Source: a virus
Taxonomy: Duplodnaviria; Caudoviricetes
Reading direction: 5' to 3' (one strand)
IMG/VR virus record: IMGVR_UViG_3300036773_000056
Location: 1 to 57,927 of that record
Length of the DNA stretch: 57,927 nt
The notes below the pieces were generated by a model. The model made no database searches and had not been told where the DNA came from. It saw only the letters and a program-made list of their open reading frames with translations. Every line of letters starts with the position of its first letter. Position 1 is the first letter of the stretch. Position numbers and translations under genes: made by a program. Of this stretch, positions 49,226 through 57,050 are shown piece after piece.

Positions 49226-49253
49226 GAACACCATAACAGTCATTATGGTGGGA
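49226..49253. other. dif-like Xer-family recombination site
   Basis: GAACACCATAA-cagtca-TTATGGTGGGA (11-6-11 with a CATAA/TTATG core). Confidence 0.5.
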
Positions 49254-49330
49254 GTGAAGAGACTGCGTGAACTTTCATGGATGAACATTCGCGTATGGAC
49301 ACGAACATTAACGTCCGCTACTGTGTGGGC

Positions 49331-49843
49331 ATGGAACGAGAGATCAGCATCGACAAGGCGCGGCCGGAGCTCGGCCGCCTCGTCGACGACGCCGCAATCG
49401 ACGGCACCATTACGTACCTGACCCGCCGCGGCCGGCGCTTCGCAGCCCTCGTGCCCCTCGCCCTCGTTGATGCGCCGGCCACGCCCATGCCGGAACTCGG
49501 CGATCACGTCGACCTGTGGGACACGCCCCGCGGGCTGATCATCGCCCGCGGCTTCGACGCCTTGTACCTGTTGCCGACCGGCTACCTCGGCCGGTTCGCC
49601 GCCGACGCTGCGGCGTGGACCGACGCGGGCACGCTCGCCCCGCCGGTCGACGGCGTGGTGCCCGTCGAGTTCGAGGCAGTCACGGACGCCACGACGCCGG
49701 CGAGCTGGTCCCCGGAGGATGGCGTCGTGGTGCTCGTCGATAACGAGGTCGACGCCGAGGGGTACACGATGACGGCCGCGGCCCGCCGGTACCTCGGATA
49801 CGAGGATGCCGCCCGCGTTCATCCTGATGCTGCCGCCGAGTGA
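49331..49843 (+). CDS. Phd/YefM-like N-terminal domain fused to an unknown acidic domain
   Basis: ISIDKARPELGRLVD.A......YLTRRGRRFAALVP; TGGACA-17-TACTGT promoter. Confidence 0.75.
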   Translation: MEREISIDKARPELGRLVDDAAIDGTITYLTRRGRRFAALVPLALVDAPATPMPELGDHVDLWDTPRGLIIARGFDALYLLPTGYLGRFAADAAAWTDAGTLAPPVDGVVPVEFEAVTDATTPASWSPEDGVVVLVDNEVDAEGYTMTAAARRYLGYEDAARVHPDAAAE

Positions 49844-49887
49844 CACACCCCCGCGCCACGATGGACACCCACACCACGGAGGACACC

Positions 49888-50454
49888 ATGACCAGTAACG
49901 CGACCACCACGTACGTGTTAACGATCGTGCGCGGCGAGCAGCCCGACGGCACCGGCGGCGAGTTCGGCAACCCGAACGAAACGCCCTACCTCGCGGACGT
50001 GCCGGACGAGGTGCACGCCTGGTTTGCGGCGAACGGCGTCCAGGAGGACGACCCGGACGTCTGGGTGCTCGTGACCCGTGCCGAGGACGTCGAGCACGCG
50101 CCGATCTGCGCGACGAACGTGATCGCTTCCCGCGAGATCACCGTCGACGACACGACCGAGATCTACAGCAACACCGGCGGGCGCGGCCTCGGCTCTTACC
50201 CGCTGCTCGACCGGGTGCAGGAGCTCATCCCGGACCGGGAGGAGGCGCACGCCTGGATCTGGTCAACGATCGATCAGCTCGCCGGGATCGGCGAACAGCC
50301 GATCATCAGCGAGCGGCCCGTACGCCCCGAGCTGCTGACGTACAACCCCCGTGACCTGGACGTCGACTACTGGTACACGATCAGCCAGGCCACCGCGGAC
50401 GAGATCGTCGAGGCCATCACCGCGGGCTTCGCTACCAGTGACGACCTGGACTAG
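49888..50454 (+). CDS. Acidic hypothetical protein convergent with the CRISPR mini-array
   Basis: GGAGG RBS; D/E rich. Confidence 0.75.
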   Translation: MTSNATTTYVLTIVRGEQPDGTGGEFGNPNETPYLADVPDEVHAWFAANGVQEDDPDVWVLVTRAEDVEHAPICATNVIASREITVDDTTEIYSNTGGRGLGSYPLLDRVQELIPDREEAHAWIWSTIDQLAGIGEQPIISERPVRPELLTYNPRDLDVDYWYTISQATADEIVEAITAGFATSDDLD

Positions 50455-50467
50455 CCCCGGGACATGC

Positions 50468-50499
50468 GAAGGGCCTCCCCCTGAGGGGGGAGGCCCTTC
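50468..50499. terminator. Bidirectional hairpin closing both the acidic gene and the array transcript
   Basis: gaagggcctcccc...ggggaggcccttc. Confidence 0.75.
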
Positions 50500-50775
50500 C
50501 GCTATCCCCACGGGTGTGGGGCGGTGGTTCCCTCGTGCTAGCCAATCACGGGCCATCCCCGCAGGTGCGGGGAGCAGTGATGCAACCTTGCCCGATCTGG
50601 ACCAACCCCGCAGGCGCGGGGAGCAGCGATCCGATCGACCTGACAGGCGGATCATCCCCGCGTGCGCGGGGAGCAGTTCATCGAGCGAACTCGCGAACGG
50701 ACCATCCCCGCAGACGCGGGGAGCACACCTAGACGAACCTGACATAAGGGTCATCCCCGCAGGCGCGGGGAGCAG
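50498..50775 (-). CRISPR. Orphan type I-E-like mini-array: 5 repeats plus 1 degenerate repeat, spacers of 20-22 nt
   Basis: 29-nt repeats at 50549, 50598, 50648, 50698, 50747 (minus-strand consensus CTGCTCCCCGCGCCTGCGGGGATGGTCCG); degenerate copy at 50498; no cas genes in the circle. Confidence 0.92.
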
Positions 50776-50785
50776 AACGGGAACC

Positions 50786-50814
50786 ACGCTACACGCCGCA
50801 CCCGCCCGCCGGAA
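50786..50814 (-). promoter_or_regulatory. Candidate array promoter
   Basis: TTCCGG-17-TAGCGT; the -10 box ends 10 nt before the first repeat. Confidence 0.45.
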
Positions 50815-50831
50815 GACACTCCCGGGATGCA

Positions 50832-50867
50832 CGAACGCCCCGACCGTACGGGCAGTCGGGGCGTTCG
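50832..50867. terminator. 13-bp-stem hairpin upstream of the array
   Basis: cgaacgccccgac / gtcggggcgttcg. Confidence 0.6.
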
Positions 50868-51003
50868 CACCCTCGGGGGCGTCACATCGGATGATCACCC
50901 GGTGAGGGGCTCCCACGGGGCGGGCGGTGACCGTGTACGAGCGAGGCTGATGTCGCTGGTGTACTGGAGTCTCCGCCCGCCGGGAGCGTTCGGGGGGCGC
51001 CGG

Positions 51004-51372
51004 TCAGGCCGGCGCGGGTTCGTCTCCGCCGGTGTCGTCCTGCGTGAGGCCGGACAGGGCGCCGATCGTGGTCCGGTACCGGGTCGCGTGTTCTAGCGCC
51101 GGTTCGAGCGCCGCGTCGAGGTCGTTCAGGGCACCGGCGGCGCGGCCCACCTGATCCTTGGGGCTGTCCGCGGTGTCGCTGAACAGCACCTGCCGCATCG
51201 GTAGCCCGTCGACGGCGTTCGCCAGCCCGCCGGCGAGGTCGTCGAGCTTCCCGACGAGCGTCACGAGGAGGTCGGCGGCCTCGCGGGCGTCGTCGAGCGT
51301 GAGCGGCTTGCCGGGGTTCGTCCGGTCGTATCCGGCGAGGGCGTCGGCGGCTTGTCTCAGGTGATCCATCAT
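51004..51372 (-). CDS. Helical hypothetical protein
   Basis: MMDHLRQAADALAG...; normal codon pattern. Confidence 0.65.
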   Translation of the reverse strand: MMDHLRQAADALAGYDRTNPGKPLTLDDAREAADLLVTLVGKLDDLAGGLANAVDGLPMRQVLFSDTADSPKDQVGRAAGALNDLDAALEPALEHATRYRTTIGALSGLTQDDTGGDEPAPA

Positions 51373-51622
51373 CGTGGGCGTCCTGGTCCTGGTCGCGTAC
51401 GGGGTGGGCGGGGTGCGGTGGGTGTGCACGGGTCCAGGCGACCCACCGCACCCCGGGTTGCGCCGCGCGTTCCGGTGTCGCCTGCCCGGGGGTCGACCGG
51501 GGGTGGCACGCGCGGCGCGGGAGGGGGCAGGCGTCCGGCGACCAGCCAGGCCGTTCGTTGGGCGCCCGCCCGCGGGTTGGGGGGCGCGGCCGGTGTGCGA
51601 AGGTCCGGGCACGCCCCCCTGC

Positions 51623-51919
51623 TCAGGTGCTCGGACCGTCCCCCGGCCCGAGCATCCGGGCAGCTCTGGCGGCGGCCATGCCGGGGATGGTGGCCGGGCC
51701 GAGGACCACGGGGGGTCCGTCGTCGTCGATGTCCGCGACGTAGGCGAGGCGGACGACGACGTTGCGGTAGTCGCGGGGGACGCTCTTGTCCGTCGCGAAG
51801 ACGCCGACGCGATCCCCGGGGAGCGCGCCGTGGCCGATCCCGTCCGGCAGGTGCTCGGTGAACGCGTCCATGAGCGCGGCGGCGCTGCTCTGCGTGGGCA
51901 CGTCGTGGCTGGTCGTCAT
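51623..51919 (-). CDS. Hypothetical protein
   Basis: 98-aa ORF with plausible composition. Confidence 0.55.
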   Translation of the reverse strand: MTTSHDVPTQSSAAALMDAFTEHLPDGIGHGALPGDRVGVFATDKSVPRDYRNVVVRLAYVADIDDDGPPVVLGPATIPGMAAARAARMLGPGDGPST

Positions 51920-52013
51920 GGGTGCTAATCCTGCCGACCTGCGCCGCGTTGACCAGGGACGCCGTGTCCTAGCCGCGCGGTTTTCTCAGGTGCCGGTAGG
52001 ACGCGACGTCCTA

Positions 52014-53225
52014 TCACTGCATGTCAAGGCTGCGCATGAGTGATCGCAGGTCAGGGGTGAGGCGCCGCTCCCGCTCGGCCAGGTCCTCGACAACGGCGCG
52101 CGCGATCGGCTGGTGCCGGAACCACACGGCGCCGGACGCGTTCCGCGCCTCGCGCATGGTCGCGGTCGCCGCCTTGTGGTGGCGGGCGTCCAGGTGCGAA
52201 CGCCCGACGTCGAGGAGGTGCGCCCCCACGCTGATGCCTTTCAGGTCGCTGCGGTCGAGGTGCCGGGCGACGTCGAGCGCTCGGCCCGGTTCGCGCATCA
52301 CCGACCAGGCGTGCGCCGCCTGCATCCGGGCGCTTGTCGGGCCAAACGCTGTCTCGTACACGTCGACGCGGCGGCCGAGGCGCTCGCCGGCGGCGAGCGC
52401 CGTAGCGATCAGGTCGGACACGTCCCGCTCGGCTGCGGCCCGCGGCGCGAGCGCGGTCACGAGCAGGTTCCCGTACGTCGCGATGTGGTGGGCCGGTGCG
52501 GAAAACGACGGCTCGATGCGGGTCGCGACGTCGGTCGCGACCCGCTCGGCCTCGTCGAAACGCCCTTGGTGGAGCATCACCCATGACGCCGTTCCTGTGA
52601 CGGTCGCCCACTGGTGCTCGTCGTCCCCGGTCTCGGCGGCCCGCATCGCACGCTCGGCGGCGACGAGGCCGAGGTCGTCGCGGCCAACCTGCGTGAGTAG
52701 GCAGGCCGCGAGCTGGTACGCCTGCGCCAGCGAGCCGGCCGCGGCGGGTCCTGCCGTGCGGGCGCAGAGCCGCGCCTCGCCGATCAGCGCGGGGAGCGCC
52801 CCGGCCAAACCCTCGAAATCGCCCGACCAGTACCGGCGCCATCCGGCGGCGATGGTGCCGCGCAGCTCGGCGACGCCGGTCGGGTCTCCGGTGTCGGCGG
52901 GGTCGATGCCGGGCAGGTGGTCGATCCTGGTGAGGGCGTCCCGGATGGCCACGATGGCGGGCCCGTCGTCGCCGTGTGCGAGCCGCGGCCGGCGGCCGGT
53001 CAGGTCGGACAGGTCGACGTCCAGGGCATCCGCGAGCGCCGAAAGGGTCGAGAGCCGCGCGGACTGGCGGCGGCCCTGCTCCAATTTCGCGATGACGTCG
53101 CGGGACTTGTCGGCGCGCTCGGCTAGCTGGTCTTGGGTCAGGTGAGCGTCGCGGCGCAGCGACCGCAGCCGGTCGCCGATCGGGGCGTCTGCGGGAAGGG
53201 GGCGCGTGTTACGGTCGGGGGGCAT
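52014..53225 (-). CDS. XRE-family regulator with a helical/TPR-like C-terminus
   Basis: IGDRLRSLRR..HLTQDQLAERA..S...IAKLEQG; FGPTS motif. Confidence 0.88.
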   Translation of the reverse strand: MPPDRNTRPLPADAPIGDRLRSLRRDAHLTQDQLAERADKSRDVIAKLEQGRRQSARLSTLSALADALDVDLSDLTGRRPRLAHGDDGPAIVAIRDALTRIDHLPGIDPADTGDPTGVAELRGTIAAGWRRYWSGDFEGLAGALPALIGEARLCARTAGPAAAGSLAQAYQLAACLLTQVGRDDLGLVAAERAMRAAETGDDEHQWATVTGTASWVMLHQGRFDEAERVATDVATRIEPSFSAPAHHIATYGNLLVTALAPRAAAERDVSDLIATALAAGERLGRRVDVYETAFGPTSARMQAAHAWSVMREPGRALDVARHLDRSDLKGISVGAHLLDVGRSHLDARHHKAATATMREARNASGAVWFRHQPIARAVVEDLAERERRLTPDLRSLMRSLDMQ

Positions 53226-53349
53226 CGGCCCGGTCCTCTCGTGGGTGGCGTGGTAACCCCCACGGTAGGCGCCGGGCCTCTTACATGTCAGCGCCCCGCC
53301 GGGGGAACGGTCCCGGCGGGGCGCTGTTGCGCGCGGTGCGGCGCGCGGT

Positions 53350-53547
53350 CTACCGGCGGAGCAACAGAATCCGGGCGACCGCGCAGACGCCCGCGGCGAG
53401 CGCGATCACGGTTGCGATGATCCGCCAGCGCGGCGACGCGATCGCCAGGCCGAGCGCTACACCAAGCACCCCCAACGGGGCCAAGGTGAGGCAAAGGGCA
53501 CCGAGCCGGACGCCCCCGCGATCGGGTGCGCGTGGTGGGATATGCAT
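53350..53547 (-). CDS. Small 2-TM protein (Spd-like)
   Basis: Hydrophobic; follows the DUF2637 gene. Confidence 0.6.
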   Translation of the reverse strand: MHIPPRAPDRGGVRLGALCLTLAPLGVLGVALGLAIASPRWRIIATVIALAAGVCAVARILLLRR

Positions 53548-53647
53548 ACCGGCCTTCCGTGAGGGGGTTCGGTAAGGCGGGCCCGGGGTGCTGTCCAGGC
53601 GACCGGGCCCGCCCTCTTCGTGTTACTGCGTCCGTTCGTTGTATCGC

Positions 53648-54937
53648 TCACACGGTGGCGAGCGCAGCATCGTCCCTGGCCGTCGCACGCGGGTGCGCGG
53701 CCCGGAGGACGCTCGCACAGCGGTCCAATTCGCCGTTGCCTCCGGTGATTCCGGCATCACGCAGCGAATCGCGTGATACGTACCGGCCGGAACTGGTCAG
53801 GTTCTTTCCTGCTCTGATCAGGTCGGGAATCTTCGCGTCGTCCGTGATCTTGGACAACTCCCCCGCCGTACGGTCGTCCGTCCACCGCTCCCCGCTTGGA
53901 TCGTCCGCGCCGTCGTCCACGGGGTCGCCGTCGGCGGGCGGCTGTACGGCGCCGAGGTGGCGGCCGGCGGACGCCGACGCCGTACCGTCCGTGCCGTCGT
54001 CTGGACGTCCACGCTCTGCCCACTCGGCGACCAGGCGGGCGGCGTAGTCGCGCAGCGCCTCGGGCTCGACCCAGGGCATGACATCGGCGAGCACCGCCGC
54101 AATCGCGGACGCGTCCATGCCCTGGTCAAGCAGCGCGCGCACGGCGGCGAACTGCTCGCCTTCGTCGGACTGCGGACGTTCGTCCACGTTCGTCCGGACG
54201 ACCGGTGCCGGGGCGCCGTCCGGGAGCTCCGGCGCACCCACGGGCGCGTCATCGGCGGCCACCGCGGCGCGGGCCGCGGCCAGGTTGACGCGGGCGCGGA
54301 CAAGCCGCCCGGACGTTCCCGCGGACATGTCCGCGAGGGTGACGGCGAGACGCGCGCGGGCCCGCGCGGCGCGGCGCCGGCCACCCCACAGCGGCCACGA
54401 GGCGACGCGCGCGGACAGCCGCGCGGCGGCGTCCGCGGACAAGTCGACCGGCTCGACGTCCGCGCTCTCCGCGCTGTCCGTACGGTCGTCGACGGGCTCG
54501 GCGGCGCGGCGCGCGATGACCCGCTTGGCGAGCTGCAACCCGAGGACGAGGCCGAGCCACGCGGCGACCGGCGGCACGGCCGCGGTGCCGTGCACGGTGG
54601 CGCCGCCGGCGACGTGCCCCACGTTCCCGGCGATGCTCACGACGAGGCCGCCGATGGTGACGCCCCACGCGAGCAGGCGCCCGGACCAATCCCACCGCTC
54701 GATCACCGCGACCAAGAGAGTCAGCTCTCCGACCAGGATGAACGTATCCACCTGCAACGGCCAGGCGATCGCCCACGCGCCGGAGAGCCCGTGCTCAGCG
54801 GCCCATTCGTACAGGCCGCGGTACGACTCGGCGAACGCCACGCCGTCGAGCGCGGCGACCGCCAAGGCGACGGCGGCCAGGGCGACGGTACGCAGCGCGC
54901 GGAGGGTGCGCGGTACCGCGGTGAGGGTGCTATTCAT
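53648..54937 (-). CDS. DUF2637 / SpdB-like plasmid spread membrane protein
   Basis: AFAESY..L...A..HG.....A..WPLQVD; SIAGNVGH; AAVPPVA. Confidence 0.8.
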   Translation of the reverse strand: MNSTLTAVPRTLRALRTVALAAVALAVAALDGVAFAESYRGLYEWAAEHGLSGAWAIAWPLQVDTFILVGELTLLVAVIERWDWSGRLLAWGVTIGGLVVSIAGNVGHVAGGATVHGTAAVPPVAAWLGLVLGLQLAKRVIARRAAEPVDDRTDSAESADVEPVDLSADAAARLSARVASWPLWGGRRRAARARARLAVTLADMSAGTSGRLVRARVNLAAARAAVAADDAPVGAPELPDGAPAPVVRTNVDERPQSDEGEQFAAVRALLDQGMDASAIAAVLADVMPWVEPEALRDYAARLVAEWAERGRPDDGTDGTASASAGRHLGAVQPPADGDPVDDGADDPSGERWTDDRTAGELSKITDDAKIPDLIRAGKNLTSSGRYVSRDSLRDAGITGGNGELDRCASVLRAAHPRATARDDAALATV

Positions 54938-54972
54938 GCTGCCCTTTCCAGGGTGATGTGACGGTGCGTGTT

Positions 54973-55076
54973 GTGACTGTGAGCTGTGACTGTGACCGTG
55001 ATCCGTGCTGGTAGATACCCCCACGTCACACCCGTACGGGGCGCGCGCGGAGATCACAGTCACAGCTCACAGTCAC
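54973..55076. repeat. clt-like locus: 23-bp perfect inverted repeat made of GTGA units
   Basis: gtgactgtgagctgtgactgtga at 54973-54995 and its reverse complement at 55054-55076, immediately after the traB stop. Confidence 0.7.
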
Positions 55077-55082
55077 GGATAG

Positions 55083-57050
55083 TTACTGGTTTCCGGTGGC
55101 GTACCGGCCGTACGCGGCCTTGACCACCTGGCCCTCGTCGACCATCGCGGAAAGCCACCGCTGCACGGTCTCGCGGGTGACCTCGATCCCGGACTCGACC
55201 AGGCGGCCGTGGAGGATGGCCGGTCCGGTCCCCCGCTCGCCGTACTCGGCGAGGATGTCGAGCAGCCGGGCACGGCCCTCGTGACGCTCGCCTCCCCCGC
55301 CGCCGGCGTCCGCCTCGGCCTCGGGGTCGACCTTCGCCAGCTCGGCAAGCTCGGGGTCGGCCTCGACCAGCGCGTCGAACGCGGCCCGGTCCGGCGACGG
55401 CGCCGCCGCGGCCGGCCGCAGGCCGAGGCGGTCGGCGGTGGCCTGCCCACCCTCGGACGGGGCGAGCACCGCGGTAGCGGCGGCGGCGTTCGGGTCGGCG
55501 TCCGGGTGCAGGTGCCCGGAGCGCTGCTGCGCCCACCGGTCGGCATAGTCCGGTCCCGCCGCGCGCAGCGACAGGTCGTCGAACGCCGGCCGCCGAGCGG
55601 TGAGCATGCGGGCGATACCGGGGATCTGCTCGTACTCGATCCGGTCGCCCTTCGCCCGGGCGAGCCGGGACCGTGCCGACATCTTGACCAGCATCGACCC
55701 CGGGTGTTCCATCGCCGCGAGCCATTTCGATGCCGCCGTGTCGTCCGGGAACACCTGGCGGGCGTCCCCCTCGGACGCGACGCCGAGCCCGACCGTGGTG
55801 CCGATCTGCGATTTCAGGTCACCGTCGCCGAGCATGGTCACGGTGCCGCGCTGCCCGGCGATGCCGATCTTGACGCCCTCTGACCGGCCTTTACGCACCA
55901 GCGTCTTCACGGCCTCGCGGTTGATACGGGACTCGGCGATGTCCGTGAATTCGTCGATGACGATGACCAGCTCGGGCACCTGCGCGGAGATCGCGACCTG
56001 CTCCGTTCCGAGGCGGGCCGCGGAACGGGCCTTGTAGATGCGGACGGCCGCGGCCAGGAGGCGCGTCCATTCGGCCTCGGTGGTCGCCGGCCAGTCGATG
56101 ACCGGCCGGTCCGTCTCCCCACGGAACCACGGTTCGAGCCAAGGGGCGATCATCCGGCCGCCCTTCGGGTCGATCACCCACACGATGCGCTCTGGCGACT
56201 GGAGGAACCGGGCCAACAGGACGTTGATCAGGTTGGTTTTCCCGCCGCCGGTGATGCCGATCACCTTCATGTGCTTGTCGGTCGTCATCTCGACCGGCGC
56301 CGCATCCTCGAACAGGCCCGTACGGAACGGCGTCCCTGCGGGTACCGGGTCGAGGTCCATCGGGAACGGGATCGTCTCGGCGAGGATGTCGCGCGTGTTG
56401 AACTGGATCACCACGTCACGGGCGTACTTGCCGCGCTCGACCGTCACCGCGCCGTCGCGGATGCGCCCGTGCGCGATCTCGATCGCCTCCGAGCCGTTAC
56501 GGAGCTGCGCGAGGGTCATCCCGCGGCCCATCTGCATGTGCAGCGCGAACCCTGCCCGGGTCTCGCGGTACTCGACGAAACGCATCCGGCGGAAACCCGC
56601 GCGTTCCATCATCCGTACCCACTGCGCGCCGTCGCGGCCGGCCTGCATCGTGATCGCCTCCGCTGAGCGGGATACCCGCCCGGCGGCGATCTGCGCGGCG
56701 GCGCGTGGCCACAGCGGGCCGAGTATGGCGCCCCCGCCGCCCGCAAGCGCAACGGCCGGCGGCCAGTGCCACGGCGACCAGAGCGCGACCCAGAACAGCC
56801 ACGCCCCGGCGTAGAGCACCGATCCTGCGATCCACATGCGCGGCCATCCGGCGATACCGGCCATGGTGGCGCCGATGACGGCGCCGCACACGCCGAAGAT
56901 CGTCAGCCACGCCACCACCGCCCGCGGAACCCCCGCCGTGTCCACCAGGGCGCCGAGCGCCCCCGTGATGGCTACCGCGACGGCCGGCCCGAGGATCGGG
57001 CTGTGGTGGCGGACCGGCCGCGGCTGAGGGCGGGTGTTTGTCCTGGTCAC
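55083..57050 (-). CDS. traB: FtsK/SpoIIIE-type conjugative DNA translocase TraB
   Basis: N-terminal transmembrane segments, Walker A GITGGGKT, Walker B VIVIDEF, GQR motif, C-terminal wHTH. Confidence 0.9.
   Translation of the reverse strand: MTRTNTRPQPRPVRHHSPILGPAVAVAITGALGALVDTAGVPRAVVAWLTIFGVCGAVIGATMAGIAGWPRMWIAGSVLYAGAWLFWVALWSPWHWPPAVALAGGGGAILGPLWPRAAAQIAAGRVSRSAEAITMQAGRDGAQWVRMMERAGFRRMRFVEYRETRAGFALHMQMGRGMTLAQLRNGSEAIEIAHGRIRDGAVTVERGKYARDVVIQFNTRDILAETIPFPMDLDPVPAGTPFRTGLFEDAAPVEMTTDKHMKVIGITGGGKTNLINVLLARFLQSPERIVWVIDPKGGRMIAPWLEPWFRGETDRPVIDWPATTEAEWTRLLAAAVRIYKARSAARLGTEQVAISAQVPELVIVIDEFTDIAESRINREAVKTLVRKGRSEGVKIGIAGQRGTVTMLGDGDLKSQIGTTVGLGVASEGDARQVFPDDTAASKWLAAMEHPGSMLVKMSARSRLARAKGDRIEYEQIPGIARMLTARRPAFDDLSLRAAGPDYADRWAQQRSGHLHPDADPNAAAATAVLAPSEGGQATADRLGLRPAAAAPSPDRAAFDALVEADPELAELAKVDPEAEADAGGGGGERHEGRARLLDILAEYGERGTGPAILHGRLVESGIEVTRETVQRWLSAMVDEGQVVKAAYGRYATGNQ

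Noticed and set aside
48020-49846. 608-aa ORF
   Set aside because: Only the last part from 48511 has an RBS and a coding pattern; the rest overlaps other genes
49888-50454. GGRGLG in the array-adjacent protein as a Cas6/RAMP glycine loop
   Set aside because: The motif is mid-protein, the protein is strongly acidic and no other RAMP features are visible; an HHpred check would settle it
50263-50916. ORFs spanning the CRISPR array (217 aa minus, 184 aa plus)
   Set aside because: Translations of the repeats (LLPAPAG motifs); spurious
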